From positions 1,888,001 to 1,952,000 of the forward strand of contig CAWKMU010000003.1 of the NCBI GenBank assembly GCA_963850905.1: a stretch of 64,000 bases of DNA, written 5' to 3'. This DNA is from an uncultured Gemmatimonadales bacterium (lineage in GTDB: Bacteria; Gemmatimonadota; Gemmatimonadetes; Gemmatimonadales; Gemmatimonadaceae). Below the pieces are notes generated by a model, which searched no databases, was not told the origin of the DNA, and worked only from the letters and a program-made list of their open reading frames with translations. How positions within the stretch are numbered: the first letter of the stretch is position 1; the number at the start of each line of letters is the position of its first letter. The position numbers were made by a program, and so were the translations under genes. This document shows, one piece after another, positions 1-8,468 of this stretch.

Positions 1-774
1 GGAGTAGGGGACGCCGGAGGCGCGGGCGACTGCCACGACTTCGCGCACCGCGCGGTCGATGACGGTGCGGCCGAGGGGCGCTGCGCGCACGACGCCAAAC
101 GGCCGCCGTGCAAGCCCGCACAATGCCGCGAGCGTCGTCAGCCCAGCGAATTTCCGCCACAGCTCGAGTGTGATCGCGTCGGTGACATGGGTTTCCACCC
201 CCGCTGCGCCGAGCGCGGACGCTAGCGTTCGCGCTCGAGCCGAGATCGTGTGGTCCAGCTCGCCAATCACGATGCGCAGGAGCGCACCGGTGCGGGTGAT
301 CACCCCTGGCGCGGTGCGCTCCGTGTTTACGTAGGCGATGCCACCGAGGATGGTGGCGCGCGGCACGCCGAGCGCGATCAAGCGTTCGGTGATGTCGACC
401 CCGTTGAGCAGGGGAACGACAGCTGTGCCGGCTTCGGCCAAGGTACGAAGCGCCGGCCCGATGGCGGGGAGCGAATAGGTTTTGACCGCCAGGATCGTGT
501 GCGGCGCGCCCAGCAAACTGGACGGGTCGTCGGAGGCGGACAGCGCAGCCACGAAGGTTGAGCCGTCGGCTTCGCGAATCTCGATACCGCCGCGCTGACG
601 GATCGCGTCCAGGTGTGTGCCGCGCGCCAGGAGGTCGACGTGGTAGCCGGCCTGGACTAGTCGCGCGCCGAAATATCCACCGATGGCGCCGGCTCCGACG
701 ATCGCGACTCGTCCACGCGCGGTTGCGGGATCCAGCGAGTGCGCCTCGGGCTTTCCCTCCGGCAGTGCCGGCAT
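1..774 (-). CDS. panE: Ketopantoate reductase (PanE/ApbA family), 3' end runs off the window
   Basis: Manual minus-strand translation from ATG at 774 gives RVAIVGAGAIGGYFGARL (Rossmann motif), LAVKTY, PLLNGV and ELWRKF. Open to position 1; not in the ORF track. Confidence 0.85.
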   Translation of the reverse strand, partial: MPALPEGKPEAHSLDPATARGRVAIVGAGAIGGYFGARLVQAGYHVDLLARGTHLDAIRQRGGIEIREADGSTFVAALSASDDPSSLLGAPHTILAVKTYSLPAIGPALRTLAEAGTAVVPLLNGVDITERLIALGVPRATILGGIAYVNTERTAPGVITRTGALLRIVIGELDHTISARARTLASALGAAGVETHVTDAITLELWRKFAGLTTLAALCGLARRPFGVVRAAPLGRTVIDRAVREVVAVARASGVPYS

Positions 775-777
775 GTC

Positions 778-1038
778 TTACGCTTCTGGCTCGTCCGACT
801 CGTCGGGTTTTGGATCGGCGTCTGTCAGCAACTCGACCGGCAGATCCATTGGCACGGCAGCCGGCGGTTGCGCGGCGAGCTCCTCCGCATCAGCACCCTG
901 TGCCACTGCAGCCGTTTCGGCGATCGCCTCTGCGGGCGTCGGTGTGGCCAGCGATTCCACGTCCCGTTCCAGCGCCTCGACGACATGTCGCGCCGCGTGG
1001 GCGACGCGTTCGCCAAGGCCATGATCCGGATGAGTCAC
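778..1038 (-). CDS. Small acidic hypothetical protein
   Basis: 86-aa ORF with AGGAGG Shine-Dalgarno upstream of a GTG start; ends 3 bp before the panE start. Confidence 0.55.
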   Translation of the reverse strand: MTHPDHGLGERVAHAARHVVEALERDVESLATPTPAEAIAETAAVAQGADAEELAAQPPAAVPMDLPVELLTDADPKPDESDEPEA

Positions 1039-1095
1039 GTCGTGCCTCCTGGGGAAGAACTCGCGGGCTGTCAGTGCGTGAGGGGCGCGGGTCGA

Positions 1096-1473
1096 CTACC
1101 CGTCGCCTCCGCGACGCCGACGCGAGCGCGCGTCCTGCGCATCAGCGGCGTCATAGGCCGCGAGCGCCCACGCCGCCACGTCACCCGGTGCGTACGCAGC
1201 GCCGACGGCGCCTGGCAGGCGCGCGCTCGCCCGGCGGACGAGCGCGGTCACTCCGCCTGAGAGCTGCTGTCGGCGGATACCTGTCAAACGCATCACGCGG
1301 CCGTACGCCGCCATCGCTGCACGCAGGCGCGCTCGCACGGCCCGCCACTCTCGAGGCTTCGTCCGCTCAGGCATCGGCCAGGCCAGCATCGAGAGGACGC
1401 GGGCACAGACGGCATCGAGTGTCGGCGTTGGCTCGATCCCGCGAACGATCGCCGGGGCGGATCGCACGAACAT
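1096..1473 (-). CDS. Hypothetical protein
   Basis: ATG at 1473 preceded by GGAGGA; Ala/Arg-rich helical-looking ORF. Confidence 0.5.
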   Translation of the reverse strand: MFVRSAPAIVRGIEPTPTLDAVCARVLSMLAWPMPERTKPREWRAVRARLRAAMAAYGRVMRLTGIRRQQLSGGVTALVRRASARLPGAVGAAYAPGDVAAWALAAYDAADAQDARSRRRRGGDG

Positions 1474-1663
1474 CACAGACTCCTCCACTGCAAGACGACG
1501 GCCTGATGGTTGTCCACGCGCACCGGCGGGTCCCACTCTACCGACGGCGTGTCACTCCCTACACACATACTAACACGGTTCCGCGCTCGTACGGATGCCT
1601 TGTTGACCAACCATTGCTCGCCCTCGTGCGGTGCTCGGCTGTCGCCGGGCGGGACGCAAACGC

Positions 1664-1695
1664 CGGGCTTTGGGTCTTGGGTCTCGGATTTCGGG
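1664..1695 (+). repeat. Degenerate heptamer tandem repeat, (YGGGTCT)n-like, single arm
   Basis: cgggctt tgggtct tgggtct cggattt cggg. Confidence 0.6.
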
Positions 1696-2377
1696 ACGTC
1701 ACCGGCCACACAGCATGAGTGCAGCCTTCGACCAGCGTTCATCGGCCTCGGCGTCCTGACCTTGCGGAGGTCGACCACGGCTTGTGCCTGCTGGACGTCG
1801 CTCCGCGACGCACCCCTGATGCCGGGTTGGTGCGTGCGTCACGGTCGACCGACTGTGGCCGCTGGCGGGGTGCGCCCGCGGCAGGCGGGCGCGGCTTGGC
1901 TGGGCGGTTCATTGGGGTGGGGCGGTATGGGGGGGCAGGCATCGAACAGCACCTCACGCAATCTATCCGGCAGTGCCGCACGGGGAGGCGTCCTGTGGCC
2001 AATGGCATGGCGCGCCGAAGCGAACTGTCAAACAGCGCGGCGCGGTCACAGCGGCGCCGCGCCGGCCATTGAGCTCGAATTGTCGAGGCTAACCGCGTCC
2101 ATGCGAGCTTGACCGAGGCTATAACCTCGCCGACACATGTGTGAAACCTGCGCTGCAGGTTGCCGTATGGATACGTGAACGAAGCGCACACTCGAGTGGA
2201 ACGTGATCGGAGGCCGCAGCGAAGGGGTCGGTGGTGTGACGGATTGATCAACTACGCGCGATGCAACGAATGCACGTGTGGTTGCTCCCAACCCTTTTCA
2301 CGCGGCCAGTGTCCAAGTGGTACGAAGCATGAGAACTCACACTACGGTGCGCGCGTTACGCGTCGGAGGATGCTGTC

Positions 2378-2596
2378 ATGGAAGCGCCCTGGAAAGCTGG
2401 TGATACCGCTTCTGCACATTGCCCACGCTGTGACGATCTCGTCACGGCCAACTACGCACGGCGCTCGATTGCCCTGCCTCGGACGCGGCTTCATGTGCGT
2501 GATGTGCTGGTAAGCGTTTGTGACCGCTGCGGCGAGATGCTGACGCTGCCGCGCCAATCGATGGCGCAGTTGATGGAGGTCAGTGCCGGGAAGTGA
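2378..2596 (+). CDS. Stand-alone YgiT/MqsA-type zinc-finger protein
   Basis: GGAGGA RBS; CPRC...VRDVLVSVCDRCGE resembles the MqsA N-terminal zinc ribbon; no HTH domain. Confidence 0.7.
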   Translation: MEAPWKAGDTASAHCPRCDDLVTANYARRSIALPRTRLHVRDVLVSVCDRCGEMLTLPRQSMAQLMEVSAGK

Positions 2597-2597
2597 T

Positions 2598-2940
2598 GCG
2601 GGCGCTGCCGCGCCCGAGAAAGTAGAAGTACAGAAAGCAGAGAGTAGGCAACGGCTCGAGAGTGGAAAGTAGACAAGGGCTTAGTAGTTGCCCCTGTCTA
2701 CTTTCTACTTTCTGAGGGTCTACTTTCTCCGGCGCCAAGGGCGCCGGCGGGGCGAGTCTCGTGCTGCGGGGCTCGCCCTCGTAGTTTGTTCCCTGGCCCC
2801 GCCGGCGCCTCTGGCGCCGGAGAGAGTAGAGGATCGGAGGGTAGAGGGGCAGACAACGGCAACGGAACTCGAGCTCAGTTGCATGTTTTCTACTTTCTAC
2901 TCTCTGAGGTGCTACTTTCTCGGGCGCGTGCGCGCCCGTC
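2598..2940. repeat. Multi-branched palindromic element with AGAAAGT/ACTTTCT heptamer arms (family A)
   Basis: Outer arms 2598-2647 and 2890-2940 are inverted; inner hairpins at 2659-2713 and 2719-2830; left end is homologous to 49864-49918. Confidence 0.85.
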
Positions 2941-2967
2941 CCTGACCCCCGCTTTTCGGAGGGCTTC

Positions 2968-3411
2968 GTGTTCAACGACTTCAAGGCCTTCATCATGCGC
3001 GGCAATGTCGTCGACCTTGCCGTCGGTGTGATCATCGGTGCGGCCTTTGGTGCGATCGTCAAGTCGGTCGTCGATGACATGCTCATGCCCGTGATCGGCT
3101 TGGCGACGGGTGGCATCGATTTTTCGAGTCACTTTATCATGTTGAAGGCGGGCACGAAGATCCCGCCGCCGTACAATACGCCAGCGGAAGCCAGGGCGGC
3201 CGGCGCCGTCACGATCAACTACGGCAGCTTCATCAACACCGTCATCACGTTTCTCATTGTCGCGTTCTGCGTGTACCTGCTGGTACGCGGCCTGGCGAAG
3301 CTGTACCACACGCATGCCGCCGCGCCGGCGACCAAGGGCTGTCCGTATTGCACCAAGAGCATTCCGCTCGGTGCGAAGCGGTGCCCGGAGTGTACGAGCC
3401 AGCTGGCATGA
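2968..3411 (+). CDS. mscL: Large-conductance mechanosensitive channel with C-terminal CxxC-CxxC extension
   Basis: FKAFIMRGNVVDLAVGVIIGAAFGAIVKSVV and YGSFINTVITFLIVAF motifs. Confidence 0.97.
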   Translation: MFNDFKAFIMRGNVVDLAVGVIIGAAFGAIVKSVVDDMLMPVIGLATGGIDFSSHFIMLKAGTKIPPPYNTPAEARAAGAVTINYGSFINTVITFLIVAFCVYLLVRGLAKLYHTHAAAPATKGCPYCTKSIPLGAKRCPECTSQLA

Positions 3412-3413
3412 CC

Positions 3414-3641
3414 CAGGGGTCAGGGGTCAGGGGTCGGGCAACGGCAACGGCAAACGTAAGAAAAGGGGCGGCCTGAAGGCCGCCCCTACATGGTGCTGCA
3501 CGCGGTGCTGCTTCCGAATTTGTCGACATGCGCATCAATCGTCGGAGAGGCTCCTAGAGGCGATCGTGCACGCCGACATGTAGGGGCGGGCTTTAGCCCG
3601 CCCCTCGTGTTTGCCGTTGCCGTTGCTGTTCGCTGACCCTG
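3414..3641. repeat. REPIN-like inverted pair of GTAG REPs flanked by (CAGGGGT)n and (GGCAAC)n arms
   Basis: REP on - at 3464-3492 (GTAGGGGCGGCCTTCAGGCCGCCCCT) and REP on + at 3580-3605 (GTAGGGGCGGGCTTTAGCCCGCCCCT); lies between convergent mscL and moxR. Confidence 0.85.
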
Positions 3642-3644
3642 CCG

Positions 3645-4667
3645 TTACCGCTTCACGTCCAGCTTGATCAACTGCTCGACCGTAATGCCTTCCGCTTCCG
3701 CCTGGAAATTGAGCACCACGCGGTGCCGCAGGACGGAGAGTGCGATGCTATGCACGTCCTCGAGGTCCGGGATTGCGCGGCCGTCCATTGCCGCACGGGC
3801 CTTGGCCCCGAGGACCAGGTACTGCGATGCACGAGGGCCAGCGCCATAGCTGACGTACTTCTTCACTTCTGGGGTCGCTTCGGCGGCGGCCGGGCGCGTC
3901 GCCCGCGCCAGGCGTACCGCGTACGCGACGATGCTCGGCGGAGCCGGCAGCCGGCGGACGAGGTGTTGCAACTCGGAGAGTCGTTCCGCGTGGAGCACGG
4001 GGACGACGTTGGCAGTCACATCGCCTGTGGTCGCGGCGACAATCGCCTCTTCTTCAGTCTTGGACGGATAGTCGACGCGCAACTCGAACATGAAACGATC
4101 CAGTTGCGCTTCCGGCAGTGGATACGTGCCTTCTTGCTCGATCGGGTTCTGCGTCGCCAACACGAAGAACGGCTCCGGCAGCTGATGCGTCTGACCCGCC
4201 ACCGTGACTGCGTGCTCCTGCATCGCCTGCAGCAACGCGGCCTGGGTCTTCGGAGGCGCCCGGTTGATCTCGTCAGCTAGCACGACGTTGGCGAACACCG
4301 GACCCCGCGCGAACCGAAACGCGCGATGGCCGGTCGCCTGGTCCTCCTCGAGCAGCTCCGTTCCGGTGATATCGCTCGGCATGAGGTCGGGCGTGAATTG
4401 CACACGGGAGAACGTCAGCTCCAGCGCTTGCGAGAGCGTTTGCACCAACAGGGTCTTGGCGAGACCTGGCACGCCAACGAGCAACGCGTGCCCGCCGGCT
4501 AGCAGCGCGGCGACCAGGTTGTCGACCACGGGGCGCTGGCCGATGATGCGCTGGGCGATTTGCGACACCAGCGCGCTACGCGCGCGCGCCAGCTCATCGA
4601 GCAGCTGGACGTCGCGCTCGTCGGCTGCGACGCCGACATGTGTCCGAACGGCGGGGGCGCTCACCAC
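3645..4667 (-). CDS. moxR: MoxR-family AAA+ ATPase
   Basis: GVPGLAKT Walker A, RVQFTPDLMPSDITG, LADEINRAPPKTQAALL, ATQNPIEQEGTYPLPEAQLDRF. Confidence 0.95.
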   Translation of the reverse strand: MVSAPAVRTHVGVAADERDVQLLDELARARSALVSQIAQRIIGQRPVVDNLVAALLAGGHALLVGVPGLAKTLLVQTLSQALELTFSRVQFTPDLMPSDITGTELLEEDQATGHRAFRFARGPVFANVVLADEINRAPPKTQAALLQAMQEHAVTVAGQTHQLPEPFFVLATQNPIEQEGTYPLPEAQLDRFMFELRVDYPSKTEEEAIVAATTGDVTANVVPVLHAERLSELQHLVRRLPAPPSIVAYAVRLARATRPAAAEATPEVKKYVSYGAGPRASQYLVLGAKARAAMDGRAIPDLEDVHSIALSVLRHRVVLNFQAEAEGITVEQLIKLDVKR

Positions 4668-4768
4668 CGGAATCTAGCGGAGGAACGCCAATGTGAAGCC
4701 CCGGCGGGCTGCACGTCGCTCACGACGACTCGATCCGGAGCAGTCGCGTGGGATTCACGACCCGCGAC

Positions 4769-5272
4769 CTACGGCAACGCGAAGGGCGCTGTAGACTCGA
4801 CCGGGTAATTCGTGCTCGTCAGCGTCGCGACTGCGGTCAACGGCCCGTGGAGTGCCGGCTGCCGCCACCGCGCTGTGTAGGTGATCGATGCGTGCGAGTC
4901 GAGCGGTTGGTTGCGCAGCGCCTGCGTGAACATCTGCCCGCTGCCCCATCGCCACACGGCATCACCCGCTGCGTCCAGCACGGTGAGATCGTGCGTCTGT
5001 CCGTTTGGGAATGTCAGCTCGAGTTTCCTGCCCGACGTGTTCGTCACGCGCAGGACGAACCGAACTTCTTCGCCGCGAACCGTCACGTCGAGCGTTGTCG
5101 CAAGCGAGTTGGTCGCGGGCGCGTGGGCCGCCACCGCTGAGGCCGTCGTCCGCTCGCTGCCCGGGCCGGTCGTCGTCCCAGCCATGACGAGCGAGAACTC
5201 GCGCGCGCGCGACCCGCAGGCGATTGCCAGCCCTATTGTGGCGAGCAGAGCGACGACATTGCGGGCGTGCAT
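4769..5272 (-). CDS. Lipoprotein with BsuPI-like proteinase-inhibitor domain
   Basis: LAIAC lipobox; LELTFPNGQTHDLTV...VWRWGSGQMFTQA matches the BsuPI pattern. Confidence 0.75.
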   Translation of the reverse strand: MHARNVVALLATIGLAIACGSRAREFSLVMAGTTTGPGSERTTASAVAAHAPATNSLATTLDVTVRGEEVRFVLRVTNTSGRKLELTFPNGQTHDLTVLDAAGDAVWRWGSGQMFTQALRNQPLDSHASITYTARWRQPALHGPLTAVATLTSTNYPVESTAPFALP

Positions 5273-5339
5273 TGTGCGACTTGCCTCGGACCGGCTGCGG
5301 CCGACACGCGGCCGCACTGGGGGATTTATCACGAATTTG

Positions 5340-5360
5340 TTATCCACAAAATTATCAACA
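5340..5360 (+). promoter_or_regulatory. Two tandem DnaA-box-like 9-mers in an AT-rich divergent intergenic region
   Basis: TTATCCACA at 5340-5348 (perfect consensus) and TTATCAACA at 5352-5360 (one mismatch). Confidence 0.55.
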
Positions 5361-5553
5361 ATGCTTCAGGTCGTCAAGGAGATTCTGCAGTGTAAGTGAT
5401 ATTTACGCTATAACTTGCCGTTCGTCTACCTATGCTGTACTGGTCGGGTTAATCAACACCCAGCGAGCAGGACCGTAGGGGCCGGCCGTGGCTGGTCGGC
5501 AGGGGCCCGACTCGGTTGCTCGGCGCGGACGGCGCCGGTACATTGCCCCCGCG

Positions 5554-5853
5554 ATGGCGGACCAAGATAGTGGCAAGGGCCAGCGGCCACAGGCGCCGCG
5601 GCCGGGGTCCCGACCGCTCGGTCTAGGCATGGCTGCCGCCGGCGGCATCGAGTTCACGGTCACAATCGTGGCGGGTCTCTTCGTCGGGCATTGGCTCGAC
5701 CGGCGAATCGGGACCGGACCGTGGCTGCTCATTCTCGGGGTCTTCGTGGGTGCGGCGGCAGGATTTTACAATCTGTATCGAGCCCTTACGACGGCTCAGC
5801 GTGCGCAGCGGTCACGGAATCGTGATGACGGCCCCGCAGCGAGCGATCGCTAA
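5554..5853 (+). CDS. atpZ: AtpZ/AtpI-family ATP synthase-associated membrane protein
   Basis: GLFVGHWLDRRIGTGPWLLILGVFVGAAAGFYNLYR; first gene of the atp operon. Confidence 0.85.
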   Translation: MADQDSGKGQRPQAPRPGSRPLGLGMAAAGGIEFTVTIVAGLFVGHWLDRRIGTGPWLLILGVFVGAAAGFYNLYRALTTAQRAQRSRNRDDGPAASDR

Positions 5854-6240
5854 ATGCACGCATCGACGGTCCGCCCGGCGCGCCCACGGTCGCTCATCGC
5901 CTTCGCCGGCGCGGCTGCTGCGCTGATTGGCGTTGCGGCCGCTGTCCTCGTGCTCGTGCTCAACAGCCCCACCAGCACCCGCGCGCTCGTGACGAGCGCT
6001 CTGGCCGCCTGGGTGGTCCAGGTGATTGCGTTCGCCGTGGCGCGTTGGGCCGTCCCAAGGCCGACGCGTCCCATCATGGCAGCGTGGGGCGTGGGCATGA
6101 TTCTGCGCTTCGGTGCTGTGGTGGCCTACGCACCGGTCGCGGTGCGCGCGCTCGAGCTGCCTCCAGTCCCCGCACTGCTCAGTTTCGTGATATTTTTGTT
6201 CGTGTCGACATTGCTTGAACCATTCTTCCTGCGTTCATGA
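5854..6240 (+). CDS. ATP synthase protein I-like membrane protein
   Basis: Four hydrophobic segments; position between atpZ and atpB. Confidence 0.7.
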   Translation: MHASTVRPARPRSLIAFAGAAAALIGVAAAVLVLVLNSPTSTRALVTSALAAWVVQVIAFAVARWAVPRPTRPIMAAWGVGMILRFGAVVAYAPVAVRALELPPVPALLSFVIFLFVSTLLEPFFLRS

Positions 6241-7244
6241 TCAGATCTGCGATTCACGCTGTGCTCCGCGGTGCATCGCGCCGCGTTTCTTGGGCACTGA
6301 CGCCGTCGTTCGTGGTAGTGGCGCTCCTCGCGTCCGCCGCGCCTGCCGCTGCGCAGGGCTATCCGACGTGCTGGGGCAGCCCCGCGCCCGCGTCGGAAGC
6401 CCCCGCCGGTGACATCATTCTCCCCCACATCACCGACTCGCACGAGCTCGATCTGCCGTACTGGCGATCCCCATTCGTGTGCACGAAGGCGCTGCCGCGC
6501 TGGGCGCCTATCCGCGTCGGACCGCTCACGATCGACATGTCGCCGACGAAGCATGTGGTCTGGCTGGGGATTGCCGCGTTCCTCTGCATGGTCACGCTGC
6601 TGTCGGCCGCCCGATATCATCGCTCCCACCTGAAGACGGAGGCAGCACCACGCGGCTTTGCGGCCGGCGTGGAAGCGATGGTGCTGTATCTGCGACAGAC
6701 CGTCGTGCTCCCCAACGTCGGGCCGAACGCCGACGCGTATACGCCATACATCCTGAGCGTCTTCTTTTTCATTCTGTTTGCGAACCTGGTGGGCTTGATC
6801 CCTTATGGATCGACCGCCACCGGCAATGTCTCTGTGACTGCGACGATGGCGATCATCTCGTTCGTTGTCATTGAGATTTCCGGCATGCGCTCGCTGGGCG
6901 CGGAGTATTGGAAAACCATCGTCTACTGGAACACCGACCTGTCGATGCCGGTGCGCATTTTGATGGCGCTCATCCTGACGCCGATCGAGATCGTCTCGAA
7001 GTTGACGAAGCCATTCGCGCTGACGATTCGCCTATTCGCCAACATGACGGCTGGGCATGTGGTCATGCTCGCGTTCATCAGCTTGATCTTCACGTTCCGG
7101 AGCTACTTCGTCGCCATCGTGCCGGTCGGTATGGGCGTCGCCGATTCGTTGTTGGAGATCTTTGTCGCGTTCCTGCAGGCGTTCATTTTCGCGCTGCTTA
7201 CGGCCGTGTTCATCGGCCAGATCCGGCAGTCGGCGCACCATTGA
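6237..7244 (+). CDS. atpB: F0F1 ATP synthase subunit a
   Basis: KPFALTIRLFANMTAGH and LEIFVAFLQAFIFALLT. Confidence 0.97.
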   Translation: MIRSAIHAVLRGASRRVSWALTPSFVVVALLASAAPAAAQGYPTCWGSPAPASEAPAGDIILPHITDSHELDLPYWRSPFVCTKALPRWAPIRVGPLTIDMSPTKHVVWLGIAAFLCMVTLLSAARYHRSHLKTEAAPRGFAAGVEAMVLYLRQTVVLPNVGPNADAYTPYILSVFFFILFANLVGLIPYGSTATGNVSVTATMAIISFVVIEISGMRSLGAEYWKTIVYWNTDLSMPVRILMALILTPIEIVSKLTKPFALTIRLFANMTAGHVVMLAFISLIFTFRSYFVAIVPVGMGVADSLLEIFVAFLQAFIFALLTAVFIGQIRQSAHH

Positions 7245-7504
7245 GCCGGACGCGGTTCGGACGTGCCTTACTCGCGAGACGATCGGTCGCAGCAGGAGGC
7301 AGGGGCACGACAAGAGGTAGATGAATGAGGGGAGGCGCGCGGATCTCGCTCCACCGCGCGCGTCGGTAGCCGGTCGAGTGGCCGGTGAAGCTCGTTGGGG
7401 CCCGGGCCTCGGTGACGAGCAGCGGGGCGTCATGGCGCCGCCGCGGGGCGTAGATAGTCGGACGGGACACGCCGGCCGACGGACATGTACTGGAGATTCG
7501 GACA

Positions 7505-7765
7505 ATGATCGTTGAATTACTGCAGGGCGCCTCGGACGTAGCGCGCTCAGGTGGTCTGAGCGGAGCTGGCATCGGGGCCGGCCTCGCGGCCATTGGATCG
7601 GGCATCGGGATCGGATTGATTGGTGGTCGCGCCACCGAGGCGATGGCTCGCCAGCCGGAAATGGCCCAACAGGTGCAGACCGGGGCGTTGATTCTCGCGG
7701 CGCTCGTCGAGGGAGTCGCGCTGTTCGCCGTCGTGATCGCGTTCCTGATTCAGCTCAAGTACTAA
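7505..7765 (+). CDS. atpE: F0F1 ATP synthase subunit c
   Basis: GxGxGxG repeat, ARQPE loop, LVEGVALF with the essential Glu. Confidence 0.97.
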   Translation: MIVELLQGASDVARSGGLSGAGIGAGLAAIGSGIGIGLIGGRATEAMARQPEMAQQVQTGALILAALVEGVALFAVVIAFLIQLKY

Positions 7766-7847
7766 CCACGCTCGTGACTCGATGACTGTGGCCGCGGCCC
7801 GGAGCTCGCCCGGACGGGCTCCGGGTCGTGGCGACCGGGAGAGATAC

Positions 7848-8468
7848 ATGCAACACGTTGTAGGTCGATGTATTCACATCATGCGATTCGGACCACGTCT
7901 CGCGCTCGCACTCGCAGTCGCGGGGGCGCCACTGGGTGCCCAGGAGGAAGCGGCCCGTCCCACGGGTAACATCCTAACGCCCAACGGCGGCCTGATGGTC
8001 TGGACGCTGCTCATCTTCCTCATTTTGATGTTCGTGCTGTCGAAGTTCGCCTTCCGACCGATCACGGCGGCGGTGGCAGCACGCGAGAAGTCACTCGAGG
8101 AGGCGATCGAGCAAGCCAAACGGGATCGCACCGAAGCTGCCGGCCTCTTGGATCAGCAGCGGAAGTTGCTCGAAAGCGCGCATTCCGATGCCCAGCGCCT
8201 CATCGGCGAAGCGCGCGGAGCAGGCGACCGAGTGCGCCAACAGCTGCTCGAGCAGGCGCACGCCCAGCAGCAGGAGATGCTCGAGCGGGCACGCAAGGAG
8301 ATCGACGACGAGCGACTCCGCGCGATCGCGGACCTGCGGCGTGAAGCCGTCGATCTCGCGATCCTCGGTGCCGGGAAGGTCATCGAGAAGAATCTCGACG
8401 ACCAGACGAACCGGAAGCTGGTGGAGCAGTTCCTCGCAACGCTCACACCGCCCAAGGCCACTCGCTGA
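7848..8468 (+). CDS. atpF: F0F1 ATP synthase subunit b (start uncertain, 7848 or 7881)
   Basis: PNGGLMVWTLLIFLILMFVLSKFAFRPI followed by a coiled coil. Confidence 0.93.
   Translation: MQHVVGRCIHIMRFGPRLALALAVAGAPLGAQEEAARPTGNILTPNGGLMVWTLLIFLILMFVLSKFAFRPITAAVAAREKSLEEAIEQAKRDRTEAAGLLDQQRKLLESAHSDAQRLIGEARGAGDRVRQQLLEQAHAQQQEMLERARKEIDDERLRAIADLRREAVDLAILGAGKVIEKNLDDQTNRKLVEQFLATLTPPKATR

Noticed and set aside
1500..2370. ORFs or ncRNA in the long spacer
   Set aside because: The overlapping ORFs have no recognisable motifs or RBS, and I could not recognise a tRNA, tmRNA, RNase P, SRP or riboswitch pattern.
2598..2940. Possible CRISPR array
   Set aside because: Repeats are short, degenerate and inverted, with no constant repeat-spacer period and no cas genes in the window.
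7505..7765. Na+-translocating ATP synthase
   Set aside because: The c subunit lacks the Q...E-S/T sodium signature and reads LVEGV.
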